DNA of 64,000 nucleotides from Eutreptiella sp. 'Long Island Sound 2002'. Its lineage: Eukaryota; Protista; Euglenida. The position numbers and the translations under genes are program-made. The notes beneath the pieces were generated by a model, which did no database searches, was not told the origin of the DNA, and saw nothing but the letters and a program-made list of their open reading frames with translations. The stretch is taken from positions 41,230,001-41,294,000 of the forward strand of contig OZ038378.1 in the NCBI GenBank assembly GCA_964036045.1, in the 5' to 3' direction. Positions 32,563-45,076 of this stretch are shown in pieces (positions within the stretch are counted from its first letter, which is position 1; every line of letters begins with the position of its first letter).

Positions 32563-35500
32563 CCGAAGGTCCCCGCAGGCGGAGCACCAAACCCCACCCC
32601 CGCCACCCAGCACACGGCCACCATTTGGCCCCACCCGCCATCCGCACTTTCGACGCCACCACCCCTTGGCAAGCCTCGTGAGGCGAACTTTGGCGGAACG
32701 GGCGCTTGTGACAACCAGATAATGCTTGCATTCGTTACGTGGCGCGCGCTACGTCTCATCTTGTGTTGGCCGCAACACGAATCTGGATCGCAGCGGCAGC
32801 GAGGTAGGGAACCCCTCCCGCTGCTTATTTCAATGGCCGCCCCAAGTCACGGTCCTCCGCAATGCTGGCAGGACGTGCCACGAGATTCTGGGCCGACAGC
32901 TCTGGTTTCCTCCTACGACAACGAAAAGGAAGACGAATAAAACAATACAGTGCATTGCAAGTGTGCTCGTTGTGGCGAGCGCGATGGGCGGGGCACGTGC
33001 GGACATCATGACGAGCAAGATAGCAGACACATGGGCGGCATTAGGGGGACCTTGGGGAGGCTATGCACAAGAACGCACTCGATTGCATTTGCGAAGATTA
33101 GGTGCTACTTGATGGCGGCGGCCCGTGCACGGAGGCTAGCGTGCCCCTGGCAGAGAACGTTGCTGGGGCGGGGGCGAGCTACGTGGGCGTCCTTGTGAGC
33201 GGGGCGGCCGCCGGAATCTGCGGGACAGTGACGGGGGCTACTGGCGGCGGGAGCACAGGCGCAGGCGCGGGACATGTCGTCCCGGGAGTATCGGGTTGGG
33301 CGCGAGATCAGAGACAGCCGGGCTTGCTGTGCTATCCTCCTTGAAGCGGGGCGCGGGGTGGGGGGGGCTTGCTACTCTAGCGGTGGCGTCCATTAACCTC
33401 CGAACAATCGTTGCGTCTCTACGGACCGTGTGTTCCCTCGTGCACCTGGGGCACACGTGCTGCCAGACATTTAGTGATACTAATGGGTGGATTTCTCTTC
33501 ATGCGGCCAAAGCCAGCACACGTGGTTAATCGGTACTTGGCACATATCATCTCACCAAGGAGAACGGAACTTAATTAAAAAGTCACCAGCATTCGCGCGG
33601 TGGTCTTTGCGGCCACCGCCCATGACATGACATCTGCAAACAGCAAAACAACAGTCCTGTCACCCGAGCCCCTTTCCCAACCCCCCCCCCCCCACCCCTC
33701 CTTCAGGGGGCTGAAACAACCCCCCCCCCCCCCGCACGCAAACCTTTTTTCAACATCCCCATTATTTCGGCGGGGTTGGGTCGTCAAATGCCCTTAAGGC
33801 TCCCCCCTCCCAACGGATCAATTTCAAAAAAGGGCCGTTTTGGTCCGACATGAGGTACCGTCTACTTCTTGCGTGTCGCGCGGCATTGGTGGAGACTGTT
33901 CTGTCGTGTGTTCCCTGGCGGTTTTTGTTGCTTGCCCGGGGGGGGGGGGGTGACAAACACCGACATACACTCCACATATGACAAAACACGAAGAATACAA
34001 TTGCACACTGGACTTGACATGCTTTGAAGACGAGGGTCAGTAGAGTCCGTGTATATTGCGAGACAGATTGGTGCCACATGGGAAGAGGGTTAACGTGTTT
34101 CCGTGGAGGCGTTCGCCTGCCTGCGGCATAGAGCGTGCAACGAACTAGAGGGTGTGCACATGCATGCAAAGTGTGATGCACGAGCAAATACACGGCCACA
34201 CACGCGCTCCGTGGGAAAAGGACGCTCACCCGCCCCCCCCCCCCCCCCCGCACCCCGACTCGGACAACAAAATGCGTCCACAACGTGTAACACGATGGTG
34301 ACGGGGAGGGCAACCCCCGACCGCGAAGCGGCACCGCGGTGTTGGGACTACCTGGATCTCCTACCACCCTACACCCATGTAACCTCGGTCACCTTCGGCA
34401 CATCCAGTTTGGGAACAAAAGGCGCATGATGACTTCGTGGGGGCGGCCGCATATGATCTGCCTCCATACCAATACGTGCCACCAAACGCGTGCAAGCGGG
34501 TGCAGCCGCTGAACACCCTCTTGATCCCACGATGCACGTACCGCACCTTGTTTGTCAGCAACGAGTTCCACGTTCAAAGCCGGAGACTCCATTTGCTTGC
34601 AGTGTGTGCTTATGGTGGAGGGCATGGAACTCAACAAGGTTGACATTCACAAATTGTGCAACGTTCTCTCTGTCCCGTTCCCCCCCCCGCCTGGGTGGAA
34701 CGGGGTCGCACCAACTGTTGTGGGCCCATGGGGCACGCTTCATCACAATGGTACGGAACATGTTACACTCACTTCCGATATCCAGTGGCTATGACCCCAG
34801 GAAAGAACTACCCTTTGGAGTGTTGCCTATCCGAGAACCTGGCTTTCCTCATCTGGCTGGGTGTCGACACTGCACTTCACGTAGCACCTCCGCAGTTACC
34901 GGCTGGGGGGCCCAACGTCATCGACATGGAAAGCGTCGATGACGGCGTCCTCCTCTGAGCCCGCAAAGGGCAGGTGGGCGGTACCCTCCGCACGCGCCAC
35001 TACATTGCCCCACCGGTGCCACGAAGACCCCTTGGCGGACACGGTGCCGGCAAGCTACCACCCTATCAGCATCGCAGGCATACCGTGCTACCGCCAGTCG
35101 GAATATCCTTGTACTCCGGCGGCAGCCTTGAAACAGTGTACATTGCAGGCTCGAAATACCAAGCGGCGGGGGCCGATGTGACAAAAGGGCCTCTTCGCAT
35201 CCTTGCCTGGGCACCAGGCCCACAGTAGTCCTACAGGGCTGCAATATGTGTAGAGCAGCCGTTGGCGCCGCCATGGCATCCGACGGTGACACTAAACATG
35301 TCGACACCATTACCGTCGGAAAGTGCGCTCACCGCCGACCCGCGCACCAACGTTCCGACGCCGACGTCCGCCACAAAATGTGCTACTAGTTGCACCAGAG
35401 ACACGTCATCGCGGAGTGGATCACCCGCCACCGCTTTGAGACAAACGCCTGCAAAGCACCAGAAACGCGAACAAACTTGCCACAATTGGGAAGTATGTGT

Positions 35501-36930
35501 GCTCACCACGGTGGCCACGCGCCTACCCGGGCCGGATCACTATCGCAAGCATCCCGAAGGTATCGCGATGTGCGGGTGGCCCACCCCCACTCCAGTGCGA
35601 AAATGCATCCTCCGGCGGAGGGGTATTGCGCTTTTAGACGATCCTAGCTACCGATGCGCGAGGACCGACGCATGCTCCGAGGAAAATGGCTGTGGGGACT
35701 AGGTACCATGGGATGTTACGGGCGCGCCAAGGGACCACACCACCCGTCAATGTCCCCTGTGTCCCCTCCACCACGGGACAATTTTCCACAAACGCCTCAC
35801 ACACTCTGCGGCCAACTCACCATGCCCCCTCGCGACCCTGAGGTGCCGCCCACGTCGTCGAAACCGGTACCGGCTTGGTACCGGAAGCTGCGCTCACAAG
35901 CCGCATGGCCCAACGGCAAGGACTTTGTCGTCCGCAATCAAGTACGGGAAAAAGGGCCCCGGGACCAATCATCGCGTCGCGATGGCCACGCCCCTCAATA
36001 GGCATCCAATCGCAGAGCGTTGCACACATGGGACCGGCCGCAGTTGTTCCGCACCCATCATGGGCGCTGAAATATGTGGACCGTTGCGTGTGTTCCAATG
36101 CTGCTCACCGCGAGTGATGCAGTGATGCAGTATCTCGCCTAGCCCTACTTTTTGCATCAACATGCCGTTCTCGCTTTCTCACTGCTGGATTCACACCGCG
36201 ACACCCTAGATGACCTGGTGCGGCAATCACGGCACTGGCACTCCCTCATGCCACGTGCCACAGTGTGGACAACCTCCGGTAACCGGCACTACCGACGGGT
36301 TGAGTTGTTCTCGGTGATGAGCTAGTTGTGGGCATCTAAGCGCGCTTCTCGCAGGCTATGGTCGCCTCTGCGCAAGCGCCAATGCCGCACAAGGCCCGGC
36401 ATCCTGGGCCAACGCGCGCCACCGGACCTGGCGCCCAGAAGCGACGAAAATTTTTCAACCTTGAACACATGTGGAGAGGGGAACAAACCTCATTGTGCAA
36501 TTCTTTACTCCCCCTTTATTGTTACACCTCCCAAGTTTGCCATAAGGCGTGGCGGTTGCCTACCGCATTAGAGAGCGCTCGGGTATGCGCATTCGAACTA
36601 TGAGTCTTTGCCATTTGCCATGTGTTGCGGGGATCCACTGTATCACTCTTCCAAGGACAATCCTGATTCCACTTTGAATTGCTGGAGTCAGACCAAAAAT
36701 TAAAAAAAGGAATAGCGGTCGCCTTAGATGAAGAGTTGGACGAAGAGTGCCCCTTGCCACATCCCCCGTTTTCCCCACATGTTTTCACCACCGGGGTCCC
36801 TCACATGCCCTATGAGCGCATGGTTCCCTTTGCCAACGAGGACCGCGTGTCACAAGTGGCACGCAACATGTGGCAAAGCAGCAGACTATTGTTAAATTGG
36901 TTGACCATAGACCACCGCGTGAGGCTTGGG

Positions 36931-37715
36931 CACGGGGGGGGGGGGGCGACTCCGCGGGTCCTGGGACGCCAACTACCCCTGCCCCCCCCCCCCCCCTAGG
37001 GGCCTTGGGCCAACAGTTAGTTGCCAAAGGTGTCACCCTCAGGCGTCCATGGGTGCCTAAGGCGCCCGATGCTACATGAACACCAAAGGTGCCCTAAGGA
37101 AAATTTTGTCCAATTTGCACCCCAACACTATCCTTTAACCCAACCTTGACTCTAACACCCACCCCCAACCCTCAGCCTACTCCTATCCCTACACCTAACC
37201 CTAACCCTAACCCTAGCCCTAACCCTAGCCCTGGCTCTCACCCTAGGCTAGGGTCAGAGTGGGTGTTGGGGTCCAAAATGGAGAGCAATGATGTGGCAAA
37301 AGCAGCCAGGAACGAAATTTGGGAGATCTTGTTCACCCAATCAACATGGCTGGCATGGCCAAACCAACTGGCTGCAAAGCTTAGCGTTAGGTTTATGGTG
37401 ATGGTATGGTTAGAGGGAGGGCAAGGGGAGGTAAGGGGAGCCTGTGCCCCCCTCCCCCCACCAACACCCCAAACTGCCCCACCTGGACCCCCCCCCCCAC
37501 CACCTCCACCCCGAATTGCCCCACTTGGACCCCCCCCCCCCACCCACCCGACCCTCCTTGAACCCCCCCCTCCCTGCCCCTCCTGTACCCCTCCCCCATT
37601 CGCCCTCCCTGAACCCCCCCCTGAGATGCCCCACCCCCCCCCCCAAGGGGCCTCCGGCCAATAGTTAGTTGGGGGGTTAGTTGGCGCCCAGAAGCGAGGG
37701 GTTGCCCCCCCCGGG
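36931..37715. mobile_element. MITE 1 (785 bp), imperfect TIRs, 8-bp TSD GGCTTGGG, internal telomeric repeats
   Basis: TSD at 36923-36930 and 37716-37723. Removal restores RVRLG-MWG (paralogue reads RVRFGVWG). The ends CACG(n)CGAC...CTGGGACGCCAACTA and the inverted CCCG(n)CAAC...CTGGGCGCCAACTA match. Confidence 0.85.
37136..37245. repeat. Interstitial telomere-like (CCCTAA)n, degenerate
   Basis: CCTAACCCTAACCCTAACCCTAGCCCTAACCCTAG core at ~37195-37230. Confidence 0.9.
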
Positions 37716-40700
37716 GGCTTGGGATGTGGGGAGGCCAAGCAGAGGAAGGCACTAAGGGGGTCTCCAAACAACCCATCTGGAAGGACAAGCGCTCGTGACA
37801 GCTCCGTGCGGACTATCCGAGGCAACGGCGTGCAAGTACACGGCCCGTTTCGGCCTATACACCTCGGTAGCCCCTCCAAGGGCGGCACTCGTACTTGGGC
37901 GCACCGAGTACGTGGCTACGTACGACAGAAAGGAGAGTGCCATGATTAGCGACGGCACCATATTAGACTCCGCTCCCGGTGAGGTGAACTTCCAACCATG
38001 GTGTTCGAAAAACTGCTTGCTGGCGACCAAGCGGGACTTCTTGGGTAGGGCTGGACGCATGGAGGGCGACACAGAAAAGGATTGATCGGTGGAGGATGGA
38101 AATGGGAGAACAGCCGGGGGCCGAGAGTCCCATTGGCCAGGAAGCTACACGCTCGACGTCGGAGAGTCTCGGAGCCCTACAAGATTGTCTTCTGACTGAG
38201 GCACAAGGAAGGTTGCAAGGCACGGCGCAAATGCCACAAGACAACAATAGAGACACACAAGAGAGAGAGACACCCACCCCACGCACCACGACCATGGCTT
38301 GCGTGTGGAACTGGTGCGGGATGATCCTATGTGACATGTGTTGTGTTGCTCCGTGGCGCAAGACACCACGCTCGTGACTCTGCATGGTCGTGACTATGCT
38401 GAGTGGCAAGTGGCATTACAAAAAGAAGTCACCAGGCAATGCCCAATGATGTGCACAAAGAGGAAGGTCTGGCACGTCCCCCGAAAAGCAAGAAGGCCGG
38501 GATGTCCCCATAAAGACACAGACCTAGCCGACGGCTGCATGGCGCACCGGCAGTGTGCTGTGGTATTGGCGCGTCTCCCTTAGAATACGGGGGTATACGG
38601 GTTCCCACCAATGAAGCACCAGCAGGCAGCTAAAAACTCCGGGAGTGATCACGGGCACACCGTTGAAGCCCCGGGCTCCCACTTCAATAGATAAGTAGGA
38701 TGGCTTAGGAGGCCCATAGTGCCCCCTATCGTTTTTTAACGAAAAAAGGGGTGATAGGTGGTTTTTTGCATGTGGTAGAATGGGGGTGCAAATTTGCATT
38801 ATTACATCCGCCTGCGCTCTGCAGAGCCCAAACCAGTGGTGTAAGTCATTTTAGGCCCCAGTATGATATTTGCCGGCTCTGCAGGCCCCAGGCTACAAGT
38901 TACTCCCTTTGTGCCAACCCCCGTGGCAACAATTGGCTCATGTATATAGTGGTCAAGTGGCCGCTCGACATGGCGCTCGGTGAAGTGGTACACATTTCCC
39001 GCCGCCCTAAAATAGTCAGTCCAAACATAGTCCCTGATCCGGTCAGCAGGAATGGGACTGAAGGATACAACTCCTGCATACACGACTAGTGGGCGATGCT
39101 CAAACACGTGCTACACCAGGCACCACATCATCTGGATGGAAATGCCAAAACCACGTCTCTATTAGGATCCGCCAACAAGCCGGGCTCTCCGGAGCCCAAC
39201 ATTCATATACTTGGTTCTTACGGGGTGCATATTAGGGTTTTCGTGTTGCCTCGGCTCTGCAGAGCCCAGATGTTCACAAGGTCCCATTTTGACCCCCTGG
39301 TGTGTGACATAATAGTAGTTTGACACTTTGAAACTGATTCTACCGCGGTCTGTTGTTATATTTTTCTATGCCTTTTTGCGCTTTTGCTCTTGTATCCTAA
39401 TGTACAATGGTGCCACCGTGGTATTGTGTAAGTATCGCAGTTAGCAGCTGTTAAGGAGTACTATACAACAAGGCTTAGACCATTTGCACACTAGTGTATT
39501 TGGAGCTTGGTGATGTGATGTTTGTATTGTTTTGGGGTGTCTGATTCTATTGGAGTTTCACGACACATGGTTTGCAATATACCCTAGTCTATTGCAGTTG
39601 ACTTTGTGCATACTGTGCAGTGCTGTTATAATTACTATGTGGCCGTATGTCCCATATTCTAAGTACATGTAACTTGCTATTTTCTTTTTACATTAGCCAT
39701 GGATGATTTTCCACATTTTAGACGCACCGAGGTGGATGTAGTGGGTGCCAGCTAGGATACCGAAGGAGATGACGTTGTAGGACCTGTACCCTTTCCGGTC
39801 ACATTGACCAGCGAAACGGCAGCGCGTGCTGCAATTACGCTCGCCTTGCAAGAGGCAATCATGTTTATGGGGTTAGCACCCCCATCCCCACCGCGGCCAC
39901 CAAAGTTTGTCCCAAAGACCACTGATTTGCCGAGGGACAACCGTGGTGGGCAGGCACGATGGTTTGTGCAGTACATCCGGAGGCTTGGCGCGCGATTCCG
40001 TTTCGCTTTGCGGAACCCAGTGCGCAACCCCCTTGTCACGTGGCAGCAAGGGGATCGGATATGGCCATCCCATTTTTTGTCAGGCAACGAGGAGCGGGCT
40101 GCATTGATCCTGGATACGCTTAATCCAAAATACGTCGCCATGTTGAGTCGTTTTCCCATCCCCGTATCCCACCCCCTCGGCGGCCTCTTCCCCCGGATGC
40201 CGACCAACCCACCCTTACACACATTGACCGGCACAACTCCGATCGCCACACAGTCGCTTTCGGTCGCTTGGACGAGTTGTCGAAGCACACCACACGGGTG
40301 GGGAGGCACAATTCAGCCTGTTGCCACCAGTTCTTGCACCACATAGAAGATCCCCCCCCCCGCGCCTTGAGTTACATTTCAATCGACTGCAGTGGTAGGC
40401 TCGCAGTTCCCGCCCCGGTGCCCCTGCCTGATAATATGATACCCCCAAGCACTTCCCTCCTGCTTCCCCTCCGGCGCACTTCCCTTTTGCCCACTGCCGC
40501 TGTTGCGGACAACCAACAGCCCGCGAGGTACTCACTGTTGCCACATGTGCATGTACCATTGCCGCCGCGTGTCGCCCAATCTGCGGCCCCACAACCATTT
40601 ACTGTCCAACTAAAGAGAGATGGTCAGTATCGGTCACGGTGGTCATTACTACCTGATACGCCACCGACCTAATGCCGGAAAACTATGTGACCTTTGCCAC

Positions 40701-41289
40701 CATGAAGAGTTTGGTCTAATTCCCATATGTGCGTTATGCACCACAAAATTATCATCTTTCCGGACCTTGGGCTCTGCGAAGCCCAGCTTGCACCTAATGC
40801 TACTTTCACTCCTTCTCAGTTACTTCTTCGTAGTTCCCTATGGCCCCTACGTCTATTATACGGCCCGCCATTACCAATTTCCGGATACTAGGCTTTGCAC
40901 AGCCCAGCCTTTTTGAAAAGCCTACTTTCACGTCTTCTGTGCATACTATTCGCTATGCAAGTCCGTACTTCTGTTTTCTCAGTTGTGAATACAGCCCCGA
41001 GTATGCACGGTATGTGCTAGTCCACGCCTATTGCTAGTGTCCTGTTGTGGTTATTGCCTTTTCCTCTTGTGCCACCCAGACTTTCTTCTCACCATTGCAC
41101 CGGTTTGTATGGCGTTGCATGTTAGCTACATGCGGTCTGTTTGTAAGAAAGAATGGCGCACTGGTCGCCAAGTGATATTGTCGCCTGTGCACCATGGTGT
41201 GGCGGAGAACTTCGTACAATTCTGTGCGGGTCTACGTGTTAACAAGTGGTCGTGCATTACACTTGACCGCATTTCCAAGGCGGTGGCCC

Positions 41290-41892
41290 AAAAACCATTG
41301 CTATGTTGGCTAACTAATTTTCCCAAGGAGGCTTATTATGTATGGCTGGGTATGCGTCGCATGGCATTGCCACAAGGTGCCGTCCCCAGTGGTGAGAGCA
41401 CCATGCTGTTATGCCGGCAGACAGCCGCAAGCTGGTGCACGCAGCTCTCACCAAGCCATCCCGGATGTCTATTGCAGACCAGGGGGCATTGCAATTCCGC
41501 AATTCGTGGCGTAGCATTGTCCGGTGTGATATTGTGGTGTGGGTGGACAACTGGTGGCATGCCCAATCTCGGGCCAATCTAGTGAAACCCAATGTTTGTC
41601 CAGATCTCACCGCCGTCTTAGCGGTCATAGCGGTCTTGCACACAACCCCCCTGGGTGGGGTCGGGTATAGTAGCCATGTGTGTACTTTAGCGCTGTGTGG
41701 GTCTACTTGTTGACCTTGCTGGTCCCGCTGCAGCGAAAATGGACTGTCCGCACCATATCCTGCGCACTTCTGTACAATACGCAGGGACACGAGGACACAC
41801 CCGTTGCCGTCCATGTGCAGGAATGTTGTGAGGCACTGCTCGCAAAATTGCGGAGAGTGCAAGCAACACCCCAACAAGCGCACGGCGGATGA
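41290..41892 (+). pseudogene. Internally deleted transposase-like remnant paralogous to 43355-44642
   Basis: VVWVDNW...TAVLAVIAVLHTTPL (41411-41713) matches LWFDNY...TAVGVLHTTEL. It is followed by VRTISCALL...VQECCEALLAKL (41680-41892). Confidence 0.6.
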
Positions 41893-43354
41893 GGCTGGTG
41901 ACGTTTTCCGCACCATGCCCCCCCCCCCCCCCGTGAGAAGGCACCCGCAACGGAGTCATTCTCCGAAAGTGTGTGTGTAGAGATCCGGGAGAGGGTATGG
42001 GCACTAATGCGTGGTGCAGGACGGGAGGAGCATCCCGCTGTGCAATGGGTTTGGGTCGAGTCACTGTGGTTGAGGCAGCAAGGGACACAACATATGCGTT
42101 CCCCAAAAAGCGGACCGGGAATCTACTAACTGTTGCGTTTATGAATTCTCTTCTAAAGCATTTCCTGGGCACCCTGGTAGGTCGACAATTTAAAGGCTCC
42201 GCGATGATGCCATGGATTACATAGGGGAACATATCCCACTTAGGCCACCTGTCAACCGCCGCGAGGTCTGGGCAGCTGTAGAAGTAGTTGGGTTCATACA
42301 AATTGCAATGGAGCACAATGTTCCGCCAATGCCAAATGCAATGTTCATTGATCATGTGATGTTGTGACCATCACCGTGCACCAAACATTGCATTGGAGAC
42401 ACCTCTGCAATGATTAGGTGTTTTGAAGACACTTTTGCCTATTTCCACCCGTGTGGGTGGCGCATTGACCGCATTGTCCTGGCTACTTTCCTGTCCAAAC
42501 CTGCCATTTGCCATCATTGATGCTTCGAATTGTGGGATTGCTGTGCTGTTTTTACTGACCACATTTGTCCTGTACAGTCGGTGTGCTTCTAAGATATGTG
42601 TGACATACCAAACGCCATTGCCACTTGATGGCAACATTGCTGAGACCCCAGCCTTGGACACACGAGAAACCCAGAAACAGGGCAGCGCTGTTGCTGGGGC
42701 AAGCCAAGCCAATAAACCCCCTCTCGAATGGGGAACAAGTCTCGTGTCACAAGCAAAATGGGTGGTATCAAGGACTCGACAAGTGCTTAGGCCACGCTAA
42801 CTACCCGCCCCATATGACCCAAACATGTGCACTTTGTCGCCTTTTTTGTGTCTTGTTTTTGTGTCTATGTTTTCCACGTGTCGCATGTACTGTAATAGCT
42901 GGTGAAGAATAATTGTACATTTATTGCGTGTCCTATGCATACACACTTTGAAACTCAAATTCACTGTTTCTATTTGCCAATTTTCCCAGGCCTTGGCGAA
43001 ATTTTCCCCAGCCCCCCCGGATAGCAAAAAAGTATACATATTTTGATGTCTTGATGACCCTGGGCGAAATTTCCCCCAGCTCCGCCTCTTTTGCAAAATG
43101 TATAGGTCAAAAACACCAATCAATGATCCTGGGCGAAATTTCTTCCAACCCCCCCCCTGGTGTTTCTTTGCTTGTCGTGTGCCTGATATGTCGCCCTTTG
43201 CCTCACTGTCACTTAGGCCCACCAGTCGATAAAGTTGAACCTGGGCGAAATTTCTTCCAGCTTGCCTTTACACCCGTGTACCTATGGGGTGGTACCTGTG
43301 TTGGGTTCTGTTCACTGACTCTTCGGGGTGCTTCTGCCAATGTGGCTGTGAGAC

Positions 43355-44642
43355 ATGATTGATGTGCACTTTCTTCAAACAGCCGTGGGGGGTACTCGCG
43401 TTCGGACCCCGAAGGATGTGATTCGGGTGGCATTGATCAAAGGGAGGACACTCCCACTGCTGCAAGTGGCACTGGATTTGCGTCACAATAGAAAGACTAC
43501 ACGTAATGTTGGGCATGTGCGGGCTGCCTGGGGATCTAGTTGTCCACCAAGATGGTTGTTGGTCCTGCAGAAGCAAGTTTTCTCACTTTATAACATTGTG
43601 CGGGTGCTGACATATCCCCGTGTTGAGAGAGGCACTGGAGCCTCATATCGCGGTACAATGACCCAGTCCATCCGCCGTAAGCTGCCACTGGGAATGCACT
43701 ATCAATGCTCCTCCTATCTCGGCCCAGGCCATTGTTCAAGCTTCATACCTTTGGGATTCATTTGAGAGACAGCAATTCACACTGTGGTTCGACAATTACC
43801 GTGGCTACATCAATGGGGTGGACCCCCATAGCCCTGATAACACTTTGAATGTGACTGCTGTCGGTGTGTTGCACACTACTGAGCTGCCCCAGTACCACGG
43901 TCTGCCAGGTCTTGATGCTGTTGCACAACGCATACCCGGGGTTGTTGAGTACCTTGTGCGCTGTGTTGGGTTGTTGTTGCAAAGCAGTACAGTCCCAGAT
44001 GGGCCTATTCTGCGTAACTGGGTTCATGCACCTGTGGACTATGCTCGCAATGCTGTGGTATCCCTCAACTGGAGGCCCTTTCTGTTATCAGACCTGAAAT
44101 GCGGAAGTCATGTTCCGTTATTGGAGTTTGTCAGGGGGCCAGAATGCTTGCAGGTGAAGACGAGACGGACTATGCCATTTCTGATTGACATGAAGATCTT
44201 TTACGCACTCCTAAAAATGTCTTTTGCAGCAAGCTCTGCCCCTTGGCACGTAGACCAGTTTCTGTTGGAACACCCGTTGCTTTATCGTGTCTGGCACCCA
44301 TATAAGTATTTGGTGGAAATAACCTATAAGGCATTTGCCCCTATCATTAGACGAGACACTCCTTTGCCCATACGAAGAAAGCTAGCAGGGCTTCATCAAG
44401 TGAAGACCACAAGCAGTAGTGTGTCAACAACCAGTGAACGGATGGGACTCCTACTAGAGCATATTGCGGAGGATCCAGATGCCCCCCTACTCACCCATAC
44501 TGAGAACATGTTGGCTGAAATTGGTATTACTGCTGATGAAGGCAATGTGGTGTGTTCAACGTTTCGACTGTATCCGTTTTCGTTATACATTACTGTAAGC
44601 CTGTGTTTCTACCTGTCTCTTGCTGTCTTAAGGTTACTGTAG
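43355..44642 (+). pseudogene. Putative DDE-type transposase (WFDN...FLID...VWHPYK)
   Basis: The frame of ORF 43818-44642 is open upstream through LWFDNY (43782-43799). The order of acidic and His motifs resembles RNase H-fold transposases. Confidence 0.5.
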
Positions 44643-45076
44643 CCAAGCGTTGGGCAGGGTTGGGCAAGCTTGTCAAATTCATTGGGCAGCCAGCTGTTGA
44701 TGCAGTTTATGGGATGGAGAAGCGAGATTTTGTACCGGTGCTTGGGGTATTCAAAGAGTGCAAAAGAGTAATGCCAGACAGACTGTCGAGCAGTGTCCTC
44801 TACATGTCGGGTACTAAAAGCACAATACTGGGAATCAAACGTGAAATAAATGGCCACAGTTGAGCAGTTGTGGGGCTGGCATGTGCTCCATCCGGATGCA
44901 GTCACTGACGGGTTCGTGCACGAGTCCAGGGGTATGCTGCATTATTCTGCACTCTGAGTGGTAGTGATTTCGTAGTCTTTATTTCATTGCTGACGCTGAG
45001 CTGCGCGAAATTTCGCCCAGGTCTCTCGATTTTCGTGCATAAGCATACCATTTTTTAACTGCCTCATCTATATCCT

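Larger units (their letters stand above)
36620..38150 (+). pseudogene. Second degenerate copy of the 20150-20887 part of the unknown ORF, interrupted by a MITE
   Basis: PPFSPHVFTTGVPHM and LGRTEYVATYDRKESAMISDG match FPTGVPHM and LGRTEYVVTYGRKLSAMISHG. Confidence 0.85.

Noticed and set aside
32950-33350. Missing RNase H tail of element 1, resuming after the LINE
   Set aside because: Only vague similarity to the element 3 RH tail; no TSD or in-frame join with 19008 could be shown.
33590-36600. Additional element or gene among many short ORFs and C/G runs
   Set aside because: No catalytic motif, TIR pair, TSD or in-window paralogue could be established.
37146-37888. Proline-rich (extensin-like) ORFs
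   Set aside because: They arise from telomeric repeats and C-runs inside MITE 1.
39752-40346. Overlapping 180-185-aa ORFs on both strands
   Set aside because: No recognisable motif or supporting signals; could be part of the adjacent transposon remnant, but this is not demonstrable.
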